64,000 nt of DNA from Schmidtea polychroa (taxonomy: Eukaryota): contig CM097885.1 of assembly GCA_044892525.1 (NCBI GenBank), forward strand, positions 22,632,001-22,696,000. Reading direction: 5' to 3'. The translations under genes were made by a program, and so were the position numbers. The notes beneath the pieces were generated by a model. It worked only from the letters and a program-made list of their open reading frames with translations. It was not told where the DNA came from and ran no database searches. Shown here piece by piece: positions 49,496 through 64,000 of this stretch (the first letter of the stretch is position 1; the number at the start of each line of letters is the position of its first letter).

Positions 49496-52400
49496 TGTGA
49501 TATAGTACAAAATTAATCCCGCTCTTAAGATCGTCTTCTTTTAATTAATTTTTAAATTTTCTTCTGTATTCTTAAATTTCGATTTTTTATCTATTTTTCA
49601 ATTTTTCTAATTCTCTATAGTAATTTATTACAATAGAGAATTACTTTATATAGTTTTATTACTTTTTATGGGATATACACGACAAAAGGGAAAATTACGA
49701 TTGCAAATCGTAATAACAAGTAAGAAATTACAAATAAAAACTAACACCATGTTACATAACTTCCCCCTTTAAAACCTTAGGTTAACATGAATCAATAAAA
49801 AACAATAATGACAATTTTACAATAACCTTTTTTGTTGTTTTGTTATATTTTTATGTGTATTTTCAGTATTATTCAGTACGTATTTCCAAAAAGAATAAAA
49901 AATTGTACATTCAGCATTATTTGAGCATGTTCTCTGTTTATGTATGTTTGTATTTTTATTTAAAGTATTCGATGTATCGTATTTTGTATAGGGTTGTGAT
50001 TATTGTGTCTTTGTCGAAATGTTTTATTGAGTTTTTGTAGTTGAATGTGATGTTTTTGTGATTTGGTTGTGTTTTTGTTTGTGTTAGTGTTTTGTCTTTT
50101 GTGGGGTTGTTTGGAATGCTTTGGTTAATGTGGTAGGGTTTTATTTATATCTATTCTTGTTTTGATGGTCTTTTATTATTGTTGCTACATTTTTGTTAAC
50201 TTCGAGCATTTTGAATGGGCCTTCGTACTTAGGTTCGAATCCTTTTGTGAAGTGCTTTTTAATTAAGATGTAGTCCGTCGTCAGGACTACTTTTCCTCCA
50301 TTTCGAATTATCCTTTTTAGAATACTTTTTTGTTTTTTTTCGAGTTTTCACTGTTTTTGTTTGCTATTTGTTTGATGTTTTCTGTGTTTTTAGTTGTATT
50401 TGATTTGAGTGATAGAAGATTTGTCGATTTTCCGAAAACTTTGTATGCTGGACTCTCATTATCTGTTGAGTTTGGCTATTTCTCAGTCCGATTAGTATTG
50501 TGGATAGTTGATATAACCAATTTTAATCATTGCATTTTCTATGGAACCGTTCGACCTTTCCGTTTGATTGTGGGTTGTATGCTGTTGTTCGGTTCCTTTT
50601 GATGTTGTATTTGTTGAAAAGTATTTTGAACATTTCTGATTCGAATTGTCTGCATTGATCAGTTATGATTGTTTTCGATTGGCCATAGCGAGCTATCCAG
50701 TGTAGTTCGATCATTACACAAATATTTCTTGCAGTGATTTCTTTTAATGGGATCACTTCGGACCAATGGGTTTTTCTGTCTATAATTGTCAGTAGGTATT
50801 TGTAGTTGTCGTTTGGTAGTAGTGGTCCTACCACGTCTGTGTGTATTGTTTCAAACACTTCTCTGGTTGGGAAGTTTACTTTTTGTGTTTTGAGTTTTTT
50901 TGTTGCTTTCATTGGAGACATCGTGCTTTATTCCGTTGAGTTCTTCTAGTTTCAGACTGTGTTTAGTGGGGAGTTTGTTTATTGTATCGTTTTGTTTGGA
51001 TTTGATTTGATCCAGTTCGATTATTTCTCCGAATTCTAGAGCGTTTATATCACTTTCGATTCTGGATAAAGCATCTGCTGCAATGTTTGATTTTCCCGCT
51101 ACGTAGTTTATTGTAAAGTTGAAATTTCTTTGTATAATCTGCTTTTGTGAGGGAATTTTCATTTTAATTGCATTTGTTAGCGGTTTGTGATATGTGAATA
51201 TTTTGAGGGTTCATCCTTCGAGTGAATGTTGAAAGTGTTTTATTGCTTCGTCTATTGCTAGGAGTTCTCTGTCGAATGTTGAGTATCTCATTTGGTGTGA
51301 TTTTAGTTTTTTAGAAAAGAATCCCAGTGGTTGTTTGCTGAATTTGTTTTCCTGGAAAATTGTTGCACCCATTGCAAAACCTGAACAGTCTGTTGTTAGT
51401 TGGTAATCTAGCTCTGGATCTGGGTAACCGAGTAATGTTGCTGTTGAAAGACTTTCTTTGGCTTTATCGAATGTATCGGATGTTTGTTGTGTCCAGTTCT
51501 TTGTGGCATTTCGTTTTGTGGTGCTAGTAGCTTACTACAGTTTGGGATGTAAGAATGGTAAAAGTTTACCATTCCCAAAAATCTCCTCAATTCTCTTGTG
51601 TTTGCTGGCAGTTTGTAATTTTTTATGTTGCTTATTTTGTTTTCTATTGGTTGTGTTCCTTTGTCGTTTAGTGTGTGACCAAGGAAGTTTATTTCCATTT
51701 TCATGAATTCGCATTTTTGTGTGTTTATTTTCTATTTTGCTTTGTTCAGCGTTCCAACACTTTTTCCACGTCTTTTAGATGTGTTTCTTTATCTGGGTTT
51801 GTAATTAGAATGTCATCCAGATAAACGATTGTGTTTTTGTTATTTTTCATTGTTTGATCAATGCATCGTTGGAAAGTTGCCGCGGCGTTTCGTAAACAAA
51901 AGGGAATTCCATTGTACTCGAACATTTCGATCGGTGTTGTTATTGCTGTCTTTTTGACGTACTCTTTTCTAATTGGGATCTGGTGATATGCTTTTTGCAA
52001 ATCTATTTTTGAAAAGTATTTTGCGCCTTTTATTCCGTTTATTATTATGTTGGTCAATAGTCTGTAATTGTCACAAGCTCTCCATTCACCATTAGCTTTT
52101 TGTTTTAACATCAGAGCTGAAGATCATTCTGAGTTTGAATGTTTGACTATGTTTTTTATGATTTCTATTTTTTTTGGATCTAGTGGTCTTACCTTTGCAT
52201 GTACTGGGTTTCCATTTGTTAGTATTGCGTGTTCAGTAGTTTGTTCTGACTTGTCGTCAAATTGGACTGGTTCAATTAGTTCTTTATATCGTTCTAGTAT
52301 TTTGTTGATTTCTGGTGTAATTTTGTATAGATTGGTTTTGTTTTTTGAGTTTGAGGTTACGACGTCTATGTCAATTATGGGTTTCTCTCGATTGTTCGAG

Positions 52401-52697
52401 TTGTTTTGTGATGTTGTATTAGTATTTTCTAATATTTGTTTGTTTTTGCAATCCAGGATTGTGATATAGTACAAAATTAATTCCCCTCTTAGCATCGTCT
52501 TCTTTTAATTAATTTTTAAATTTTCTTCTGTATTCTTAAATTTCGATTTCTTTATCTATTTTTCAATTTTTTGTAATTTTCTATAGTAATTTATTACTAT
52601 ATAGAATTACTCTATATAGTTTTATTACTTTATATGGGATATTGCAAATCGTAATTACAAGTAGGAAATTACAAATAAAAATTAACGCCATACTACA
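49496..52697 (-). mobile_element. Old Ty3/Gypsy element lacking PBS, gag and protease
   Basis: Diverged LTRs 49496-49756 and 52460-52697; PPT AAAGGGGGAAG; fragmented RT (FSKIDLQKAYHQI, VYLDDIL), RNase H (NIAADALSR) and integrase (HTDVVGPL, ITDQCRQFES, SNGKVERFH). Confidence 0.9.
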
Positions 52698-54797
52698 CTA
52701 GTAAAGAAAAATGTCTAGCAAAGAATTTCAATAATAAATGTTGAAAAATAGCGATTTAAAGTTTATAAGATAATGATATCTTATATATAAAATATATAAG
52801 ATAATGATGACGAAAGAGAAATTATAAGTAAATTTTTAATAATCATTGTTAAATACTGTAAATCATTAAGGTAGCGCAAATAAAAAACTTTTATTCTAAT
52901 GTTAAAACATCAAAATTGTATAGATATGAACGTTCTTATAGATTATAATATATAGCAGCTCGTAGTAGAGATCATTGATCTTTGCACCTCTTATATTCCA
53001 GTAATGATCGAATAATAGACCATCAAAACATTATTTATGTGAATAAATTCAACTTAAAATTGATAAGATAATTTCAACTAAAAATAAGTATTAAAATTTA
53101 AATGTAAACTCGGGATCAGATGATTATTTCATGAGATCTAGAACTGATCCAGTATGATCAATAATTAATAAGCAAACTAAAGAAATGAAATAAAATTTGT
53201 TTGAATCTGAGGCACTCATCATGAGTAAAATCTCGTGTTAAAATAACCACCTGAAAATTTCAAAAGAAATAAAAAGTAATTCTCGAGAATAAAGAATTTT
53301 AATGAAATTTTAATAAAATAATAAAAATTTTTAATTAATTTAACAAAGTTATATAATAACAAAGCTTATAATATTTTTAACATTTCATTAATTTTCATTA
53401 CGAATATAGATAAAAAACGTAAAACAAATATTCGACACTGACTTTATCAAGTGTTATATAGCATTTTCATAATAGATTCAACTATTTTCAAAATCAATTT
53501 AAACTCTTTTATAATTATATAATTTAATTTAATCCTTATGAATAATAACAACTCAATTATTTCAGGCAAGGTTATGGAAGTCATTGAGGACGGATTAATA
53601 ATTGTGGCTGCTGCTGCTCAACTAAGAATAAAGGAAGGATCGGCTAGATGCATTATCGCAATGCACAAAGAAGCCAGAATCGAGCCTTTTACAAATTAAG
53701 AGCCTACAAGGAAAAAAGGCTAGCTAACGAAATCAATGATCAAGGTTTGTTGTACATTGTAAGTCTGATATCTCATGTACAACAATAATACTGAAAGATA
53801 TCCAAATAAAATGCTCTGTTAAATTTGGAATAGGAGTTGCTGTAGTACACAAATTATTAATTTGCATTGATAATGATCAATCTTTGCATAGATTTTGGGT
53901 TATTTTGAATAATTCCACAAAACATAAAACGGTTGATGTGAGGAGCCCGTTTGTGAATTCAGAAAAATGATCGTTAAATTTCTTATCACCTTTCTCGTAT
54001 ATGCTCAATTTTGTCGATCATGTGTTCTCCAAAATAAAGTTTTTTGTTAAAGGCAGACTTGCCTATAACCAGTATGATAATACTCAAAGTCTTGTTGGGT
54101 TGGTGAATATGGCGCTTGAAATTTTAACTTCTAAATATTTGAACAAGTATTTTGAACACATGATTCGAAATATTTCACTGACTTTAGTGAATCATGTTTT
54201 TGAATAAATACCTTATTTAATTTATTTTTCTTTATCCTTTACTGATTATATTGTAAAAGTATATTAATTTTAAAAATAGTTGAATCTATTATGAAAATAT
54301 TATAGTAATTTTAATATTTGAAAATCCAATAACTTTCAATTTTTATTTTCTGTCTTGAAAACTATTGATGTTATTTATATATTTAAAACAAACAGAAAAA
54401 ACGAAACAAAATTATGTAATAACAAAATAAATTCATCGTTAGTATCTTTAATAAAATTTTGAATAATTCACAACTTGTTCTAAAATTTCGCTATTTTTCT
54501 TTTTTGAAATATAAAATTGAAATTATTAAGTTGTCAAAATTCATTACGGAGACTTTTTTGAATAAACGGTATTTGTGATTAATTAAAAAGATTAGATCCT
54601 TACTTAAGAAGTTGAAATTTTGATATAGCCGTAGCATATAAAAGGCGTACATTCACCAATACATTAAGTTGTCTGATATATCATTTTAGAAATACGAAAA
54701 AAATTAAGTTGATATCAAAAGCTTTTAATTGTTTTAATGAAATAATATTATTTCCCCATAAAAATAATGTTTAATATTTAATACATTTCTTCTAGAT

Positions 54798-55074
54798 CAG
54801 TGGTTCTAAGTGAGCCGCAACCCTTCAAATCTGAAAATATGTCTACCGAACCCCATTGAAAAAATATGCTTCGGGTTTTTAATTTAGAAAAATATATTCT
54901 TTGCGAAATATATTGAGTACTTAAAAATATGTACATTTTATATATTAAATACAAAACAATATTATTTTTGTTAATGGCTAGAATCTAATTCAAGTAGTTT
55001 TCAAATATCGCAAAAATAATTTATATCGTTATATCGTTAGAGACGTTTCTCGAAACCCCAGTTACGAACCGCTG
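54798..55074. mobile_element. hAT (Charlie-like) MITE
   Basis: CAGTGGTTC ... GAACCGCTG termini with exact 8-bp TSD TTCTAGAT. Confidence 0.85.
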
Positions 55075-57779
55075 TTCTAGATGGAAATATTCTTCAAGAA
55101 ACCGTTAAGAAGGATTTCACGAAGTAAATTTTGATATTTTGTCAATCCTTTAAGGATTAAAAAGATGTGCGAATTCCACTAAAGAATAACAAAACATCTT
55201 GAAAATGATTCCAATAATTTAAGTTTTAAGTCAATTGGGTGCATATTCAGTTAAAGCATTCTTATCTTATTGATAACACAGTAATTATCGATAGAGGTTA
55301 ATAATTGGAGGTAGAAAGTAAGATAACGTTTTGCTTTTTTCGCGTATTGAGAGTAAGGAGATTGAAAAATATTGAAAAATATATCATAAAAATAATGTGC
55401 TTAATATAAAAATATTTATAATTCTGTAATACAAAAACCCAGTAGGAAATCGTTTGTGGAACCCTTCAGAACTTCTGTAAAACCCTATTTGAAGAACAAT
55501 GCTCTAGATATTCTCGAGACATAACTTGGAAATTGGCGAATTAAATTAATGAGCTGTTACTAATAGTTTGGTAGGATACATGAGGATTGGACTGGATGTG
55601 CTCTTGATCAAAAGAATAGCTTAATGTGAGAAACTTTCATTAATATCACAATTCACAATTTCTTTCAAATACTGATACAAACTTGACACTTGATAAACGA
55701 GCAGCTAACCCCAAGGGATACCACCTCACATATTTTATTAAATGAGTCTGATTTATTTATTCTTTCCCGTTTCAATTTATTACTTCTGGGCTTTATTAAT
55801 TTGAATCTCTTTACTTTGTCTCTTTGTAAATCTTTCTTCTTTCGTTCGCCCTAAAACCTTTTAGACTATGACTTTAGAAATTTTGAGTGACCTTTATATA
55901 GAACTTTCCGCTCCTCTAATTCAATTCGTTGCTCATTAGGAGTCGAAAAACTTAAAATAAATTAAATTAACTTGACAGACTCTGGGATCCGCCCTTAATT
56001 CAATTTATTTGTTTTCCTCAATTAATTAATTATTTAATTTGTATTTCTTAAATAATTTTGTACAGGTCTCCCAATCGATTTTATATTACCATATTCGTGT
56101 TTATCTCATCATTTGCCATCATTTGCTATACGTTATGCTGAAATATATTAATTTTTAATTTTTTTCAATTTTTAAATAATTTTTACATTTCATTTTAGTT
56201 TTGTGTTAATTTTTCACGTTTTGATCATCCTGTACACAACTCTATGTTACCTCCTTAATTATATATAACCCCAACAAAAAGATAAGTTTAAATTTTAAAG
56301 AGTTTTAAAACGTACACGCAAAATGACTCTGTAAATAAATACTAAAAATCTTTCAATTTCTTCACTAGTAATAAAAAATTATATATCTAATTAAACGACA
56401 AATAATTTGTGGATATCTTTAAGAATTTTATTTATTTATTGTTATTTAATAACAAAATCTAGTACTAAATACTTAATACCATATCAACCAAAAAAAACCA
56501 TAAAATGATTTGGAAATAGAATCGGAAAGATTTCAGATCGAAAATTTGGATTTGGAAAGTTATGAAAATTTTCCAGAAAAAAATCGGCTATATTTTTCTA
56601 AAGTAAACTTATGCATGATATTTCATTTATTTTCATTAAGAAAAAGTGTCAAAATTTTTGTTGTATAGAAAATTAATTTTTCATCTTTTTCACAAAAAAT
56701 AAATAAAAAAAAAGAAAAAAAATAATAAAAAAAAGAAAACATCGAAGACAAACAAAAGAATTAAAGATTTCACTGATAATAAATTTTAATATTTTCTTAT
56801 TAAAAAGCCGACTAGAAAATGAATGAAGACCAAAACATATAATGTCTATGAAAATGTCAAAAGAATTCCAAAAAATGTAAACAATACATCGATTTAACGA
56901 TTAATAAACTAGGAAAACAATAACATCACAGAAAAATCAATAGCCTAGAAATCCAAGTCACAGTTGACAAAAATAATTGATAAATAAACAACAAATATAC
57001 ACAATAATTGATAATTACTCGAAGCCGACTAATTAATCTGTTATTTTTTAATCGATCAATTATCAATAAATATATAAATTAGAATTTATTTACCCGGAAA
57101 AATAGCGACCGGAGAATCTGAAAAGTTTCTCAACTCCAATCAATCTTCATGTGTTGACATTAAGAGGAAATATTAAATACAAATATCAATAAAAACGAGA
57201 GAGAAAAAAAAACTTTTCCTCAAAATTGGTTTTTAAATAAATGAAAAAAAAATGAAATAAAAATCCGAGAAATGAATTTTATTTTCTCCCGCTTACATTG
57301 GATGTTTATCGAAATAAGTGGAGCTCGATAAGAAATAAAATATATTGACTATTATTATAATGTTCGATTAATTGTCTTATGTAAACAAAATATCAAACAA
57401 GTCGATCGCTCTATTTTTAGAAATTAGAAAAAATTAACAAAATTTAATGAAATGGATTTCATAATTCTCATTTATAAAACACGCATTTAATTGCCAGTGT
57501 CAAATATAATTATTATGATTTAATTAAAATATTTTTGTTTTAATAATGATTTGATTTTTTCAATTGTATTCAATTATTTAGTTATATGAATCTGTAAATA
57601 TTAGGTGGGAAGGATGTCATGATAGAATGTGAGAAATTGTCGATTCTAGGATCTGGGAAACTATATAAAACATTTACATATTCAGGCTGGGAGAGTGTTT
57701 GTTAATTTCCCCTAAATATTTCATTTAAATATTGTTCTATCCGATAAGAATTTCCAAAATATAATTTTCTTTCATTTTA

Positions 57780-58200
57780 TACGATTTAATAAAAATTATT
57801 CAGGAAGGAAAATTCCATTGTTCATGATAATTGCTGGTTTTGCTTTTGACGTGTTCGTTGAGTCTTGTTTGGAACGGTTGTATGTGTTTCACCTATGTAC
57901 GATGCGTCACAACTTGTGCAAGTAATTTGGTATAAAATGTTTTTTGAGAAACAAAGACATTCGGTGGAGGATTGGCATATACAATCTCGATGAAATGGGT
58001 CTGATGTTAGAGATTTTTGAGACTTACGAAGCTATGATTTCAAAGATGCAGCGGTTGTAAAAATTGGGCGGATATGAACTGGCCACTCCATATTGCGAAT
58101 GTAAGCTCTGATTGTATTACATGTCTAATTGTTTAAAAAAGGGAAGCGTGTGTATATTACTGGCATATTGACATGTTCCTTTTGCGTATTATGCCTAATA
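57780..58200 (-). pseudogene. Second Penelope-like element remnant (GIY-YIG region), not shown in ORF track
   Basis: Manual translation CLCFSKNILYQITCTSCDASYIGET...FQTRLNEHVKSKTS. Confidence 0.8.
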
Positions 58201-58897
58201 GAGTTATATTCACTCAACATGATTATATGTATATAAGAACAATAAAAAACAATCCACTAAATTGATGGCAGAAGTAAAGTTAAAGGAGATACCCCAACAT
58301 GTGTCTTATAAAAAAAAATTGTGTCAACAGAGAAATATTTATCCATCAACAATCATTATTTTAATATTTAGAGAAAACACAGGTCTTAAAAATAAAAAAA
58401 ACAATGAATAACTAACTAATCGATGCAACGACGAGAAAGACGACAAACAGCATTCAACAAAATCCTACATTGATATGGATAACATTATTTGGACTTTCAA
58501 GTAATTGGATCCAATCCGGAAGTATTCAAAAATAATAAAAAAACATTTTTATCTGAAAATCACACCAATCCACGTTTTTGAAAGACTAAATCTATTAAGG
58601 TATAAATTTGACTATGCCACTCAAAACAGTTTGCCCAAAATTTGGAAACCGGAATTTCATATGTTGAATGCAGTATATAGAATTGCCTAATGATTATTAC
58701 TGTACACAATTTTTAATTGTCTTCAGTGTATTATAGAAACTAATTATATTTCAATTACAATTATTATTTTTATTTTAATTGATCTGTTTTGAATTTTGAT
58801 TATTAATGAAGTTAAAGAATTGATCCATACATCACATTGTTTTGTTTTGTGAGTAAGATATGTGTAGTATGAGTGGCGGTGTTTACAATGAATTGTG

Positions 58898-59023
<126 letters not shown>

Positions 59024-59846
59024 AAATTATTAAAAATAAAGTTATGATCAATCTGTCGGAAAAAATAAAACATATATATAAAATATAAATTCAAATGTTT
59101 CAAAATTATAAAAAGAGATACTGAATTAAAACAGGAAATAAAAATACAATAAATTGAGATTAGTGACAAGAATCAGGAAGATATCTGAAAAAAATAATTT
59201 GCAAAGTTTATTGCAATTAACATTAAATAGAAATACAATAGAACTGTGATATCATAATTCAGAATTCCATAGAATTATTTGTAATCATTTTTAATTTAAC
59301 AATTCAAAACAAATTAAAATTTAGAAAAGAAGCTTTATATAATATATACAGTTGGATTTAGTAATGAATTATTATTATATGGCAAAGTACTTTGTCATCC
59401 ATTATATAGTTGAGATATAATTCCGTCAAATTGCCATTAATTTAGATGACTCGGGTAAAAACAAGATGTCGAAAACAAAAATGTGTAGACAGTTTATAAA
59501 TTGGAAGAAGTGATAAATCTGGTGAAAACAAAATTTCTGATTTTTACTTTATCTGAATTTTTATTAAAACTTTTATTAAAAACGCGACAATACTTTTGAA
59601 ATGACCTAATATTTTATTAGCATAACAATAACCTTCTGAAAGTCGTCTAAAGTTTCGTAAATCAGACCAAAATTAGATATACATACAAGGATTCATAATA
59701 TACAGCTTTCGGATAAATCCGATGGTATTCGAGATTATAAAGTTTGCTGAAACAGTTAATTTGAGTCATGAAAACGTTATCTATCTAATATAATAACTAG
59801 CTAGAGTCTATCTAGGGGCGATCTAATTAATTAGGTTATAAATAAT

Positions 59847-59849
<3 letters not shown>

Positions 59850-59926
<77 letters not shown>
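59850..59926. repeat. (TA)n microsatellite
   Basis: Direct tandem repeat adjoining a dispersed repeat copy. Confidence 0.95.
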
Positions 59927-59931
<5 letters not shown>

Positions 59932-62900
59932 GTGAAAAAAAGGCAGTGCCGAAAATTCGTGAGTATCAATAAACATCGATATATTACTGATTTATAGTCA
60001 TCAAACTCTCTTTTCAACTCAATGGATAAAATAATCAGTGGTGAAATTGGAAGAAATAAAAGTTCTTATAATATTACATACTACAAATACATAATTATGA
60101 AAAAGTTTACAATTTAGGTAAGATCTATATATAATACCAAATATAAAACATTTTTACATGCTATTGTCATTGAATTCAGTGGGAATATTTATAGTCAAGG
60201 CCCATTTAATAGCCATAATATTTTGTTGTCACAGTCCTTCATTATTTATATTTTTTATAAAATATCAATTTTTTATCACTTAACTGTTAAAACATAAATT
60301 CATTTATTTAAGAAATAAACATAAGGTCTAGAATTTGTTTTCCGAAATATATGGTTTTAACATATTCTGGCACCATTGATTAAGAATAACTGGTCTAATT
60401 GGCATAATATCTCACAAAACCAAAACTCAGAATCATTGATGATTTATCCGAAATTTTAACGTTTTTTATATAATAAATCACCAAATAATGTCTTTGAAAA
60501 AAACCCATTATTTTTTTAAATGAATTTTTTAAAATATTGCTGATAAAATTGTTTTACCGAAAACAAAAACTTTTCATCCAGAAGAAAATTGTTTTCAAAA
60601 TCATTTAATTTTTTTCATTACTAATTCTAAAAATTCATCAAAGTTTCCTAACTGACAATTTAAGAAATTTCCAATATTAAAATTAAGATATACACATTAC
60701 TTGTCAAATTTACCAATAATAAATTCATCAATTTCCTAGAAATATTTAAAATTTTTATGCCGGCTTCAAATTTTAAAAACGTTCAAGTTTCTATTCAAAA
60801 ACTATTATATTCATCGTAACAAGTTTTAAAATTTAAAAACAATCAATAATTATAATTATTTCAAATGTGAAAATCAATTTTCAAAAAATTAATAAACCAA
60901 TCATGTAAAAGTAATTTGAAATTTATTAATATAAAATTAATGTACGATACATATTACCATTGTATTTATTATATAATACGTATAATCTGTTGTAAATTGT
61001 AATTAAATAAATATTATGCATAAATTGTAAGTAATTAAATATTGATAGCTAATGATTATAAATAGATCAAATTAAAACAAAATAAAAACACTGGTAGACT
61101 GCCTATAGTGGCAAACAGCATGACGCGCGTGACTATACGATGTGAACTCTTGACCATTTACCGTAAAATAGAATATTTTTATGTGTTTTTCCGTCACATC
61201 GAGGACTCACGAACAGTGAAGCTCTGAACAAAAAAGAAAGAACGAAGCAGTTATATTTCGATTAAGATGAACATGTAATAGATCAAATAAAAGAGTTTTA
61301 ACAGTAGAATAATATATAATTACATATACGATGTATTACCAGTTGCTCTAAACTCTTAGTTTTGTGAACGAAATATTCATATTGTTAAATTTGCACGCTA
61401 TGAAATTTCTAAGTTCAGCTATGAAATCTTGAAATCTTCTGAATCACTTGAAATAGATCTTTCTTACCAAGAAAAATTGTTGAATTGTTTATTTTTGAAA
61501 ACTCTTTGAAGAATTGTGAGATAATATACTCATAAGCAATTTCTTTTTGTAGGAGTAGCATAAAAATGCACAAATAAATTTAAAAGTGCAAAAATTCAAA
61601 TGCAAAGAAGGTAAAACTCAAATTAAGAGTAAAACTAATTTAAAATTAATTAAAATAAAAAATCAATAATTTTGGAGGAAAATATGAGTGGGTAGAAAAT
61701 GAAAAATTAATGACTAATATAATTAGAAATTCGTGTGATTTTGCATGTAAAGATATTACAAAAAGACAAACTAATTAATTAATTCTTTAAAACAAATTTG
61801 TTATAATCCCGAATGTGGCAGATGAGTAGCGGTCTATTAGTTTGATGCAAAAGAGTGGATAATTAGATTTTTCTAGAGCTTGGAAGCCTTTGTTGAGAAA
61901 TGATTAGCTAATTTAAATTGGTTATCCCTCCAAATTTTATTGTTATTGTTATTATTTTTTTTGATTTTAATATTTTTATTCTAAGTTAATTTTAACTTAC
62001 TATAGAGAATACAAAAAAAAAGTTGATGAATTTAAAAAAAATTGACAATAGTTTAAAATTTTATTTTTCGTGAATATAAAACAATTAATTCAAAATTTAC
62101 CGACCTAGCCAAGTGACAGAAGTTTTTGCAAAAGAACATTTTAAGGGAGTAATAATTTCGGTGTCTTTGTTTGGTATCCAACTGTTGTGTTGGCATTTTG
62201 TGCATTTAATCTCAATCAAGAAAGAAACAAAGCTACAAATGCAATTAATTATTTATCATTTCGCCCCGAAAACTTTATCCTGGATTAAATTTAAATACCT
62301 AAATTTAAAGAAAACGAAAATACAAAATGCGTTTTACTTTTTTTATATTAATAAAGATTGTTAGTAATATTTATATTTGTAATTTTATTATTGTTTGTTA
62401 CTATAATTTTTTAGCATCGCATACTTAACATAACATACACCCCAATTGTCCTCACATTAGTTATTGAGTGACATTTTGGGCCCTATAGTTTCTCCCACAA
62501 CACATTGCAAAGCCAATGTAGCAATTACTAATAATAATACACAACATCCTGAAAACATACCCATAAAAGTAATTAACGGGTCTAAGGATTTGGTTTCATT
62601 GAACAAATTATGTTGACTTTTGGTATTTAGCCAGTAATTAGTTTTTATTCCAAACAGTATAAAGTCAGAGACAAAAGGACCAGAAACTATAAAGAGGTGA
62701 AACTATAATAAACTATAAAAGTCAGAAAAATTCTAAAGAAGTCATAAATCATAGAGTACTAAAAAGGAAATTATAGAATATTTATTGTTAAATAAAATTA
62801 TAAAGATTTTGTCAGAAAAAAATAGTTATTACTTGGTAAAATAACAAACATTTATGCAGGGCATATCGATTTTGATCAAAGCGGAGCTGGGAGTCTGTGC

Positions 62901-64000
62901 AAAGTTAAATCCTCAAACAAATAATGTTAAAACCCAACATTTTATGAACAATGTGATCATTTGAGATGACCAATTATTCAAATTGATAATAACATATACA
63001 TACATTATTTATAAATTGTGGAAAGAGAAAATAGTTTGTAAACAAATGAATAGATAAGAAGTTATTATTAATTGCAACTTTCAACAACAATAAACATTAG
63101 AATTCAGTAGTCACAAAGTTTTATATAAATTTGTATATTTTATTAAAATATCATTAAAATTTATTTTTATTTTTCGAGAAATTTTGAGGTGCAATATTAT
63201 GTAAAATTTTCAAAAAGAAAGATTATTAATTTACACATGAAAAATAACTATAAAAATTAAAAAATAATGTAATTTTATTATCATATTTGGTGTGTAGAAA
63301 ATAAAATTTTGCTTTATTATAAAACGGACAACCGTTATAAATTTCATACAATTTTATAACAGTAAACATTTACAATAGAATACTTTAAGTTTTGTAAACA
63401 TATTTGATAAAAGGAATTTGTTCAAAGATTGTTAACGTAAGTTGTATATAAAAGGGTGTATATGTGCGTAAGGAAGCTAGAAGTTTCTTGATTACAAAAG
63501 TCACATAATATCAGTAAAAACATATGCAAATCATAAATAAAACTAACGACTAAAATTCTTTTTGAAATCTCCCACGGTGAATCTTTCTGGGTTTGAAATA
63601 CAGGTTCCGGAGTAAAACCGCAAGAATCACGGTTAATGAGTATTTCCAATTTCACGCAATTGTTCCTGAAATTTGTAGTCACAATCAACCGAGATTTGAA
63701 TTTTAATTGCACAATTATTACTAAAATTTATTTTAATCAATTATTATGTGCAACTCCTTAACCTATAAATCCACTGCACATGAGGTTGAATGTAAGTCAA
63801 TTCTATGTCAATGTTTGTTAACTAACCACTAGCGGTTACTTAAAAACAAAAAATAAAATATTTATATAAAGTTATGAAAAATAGAAAAGGTGATTGAATC
63901 ACGATCTTACGGATCACGTTAGGTACACATGCGCGCTTTATTTCGAGTTTTCTCCCTTTTAAAGTCCTATATAAAAAAAGTTAAAATCATTTTTATTAAT

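Noticed and set aside
53560..55950. GC-richer blocks that could be host exons or a transposase HTH remnant
   Set aside because: Could not build a consistent stop-free spliced frame or recognise a family.

Overview
Very AT-rich, intron-containing eukaryotic (animal) DNA dominated by transposable elements. A triclad flatworm is plausible from composition and repeat types but cannot be established here. The centrepiece is a complete 13.2-kb Polinton/Maverick (adintovirus-like endogenous virus) at 29961-43200, with AGTAGT termini, ~930-bp TIRs and a 6-bp TSD (TCGAAG). It is inserted into a decayed Hsp90 fragment. It carries an intact protein-primed DNA polymerase B and damaged capsid, ATPase, protease and PLA2-integrase genes. 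Its non-coding ends carry four tRNA-like RNA polymerase III units (A box, B box, oligo-T), reminiscent of adenovirus VA RNAs. A separate ~330-bp locus at 27.0-27.3 kb joins an octamer, the exact U1 snRNA 5' end and a minimal hammerhead ribozyme. Other content: a young Ty3/Gypsy element with apparently identical LTRs but no protease, an old Gypsy remnant, two Penelope-like elements (one with a hammerhead), many DNA-transposon relics and MITEs, microsatellites, and scattered candidate host exons on the minus strand. All calls are by eye; no database search was run.
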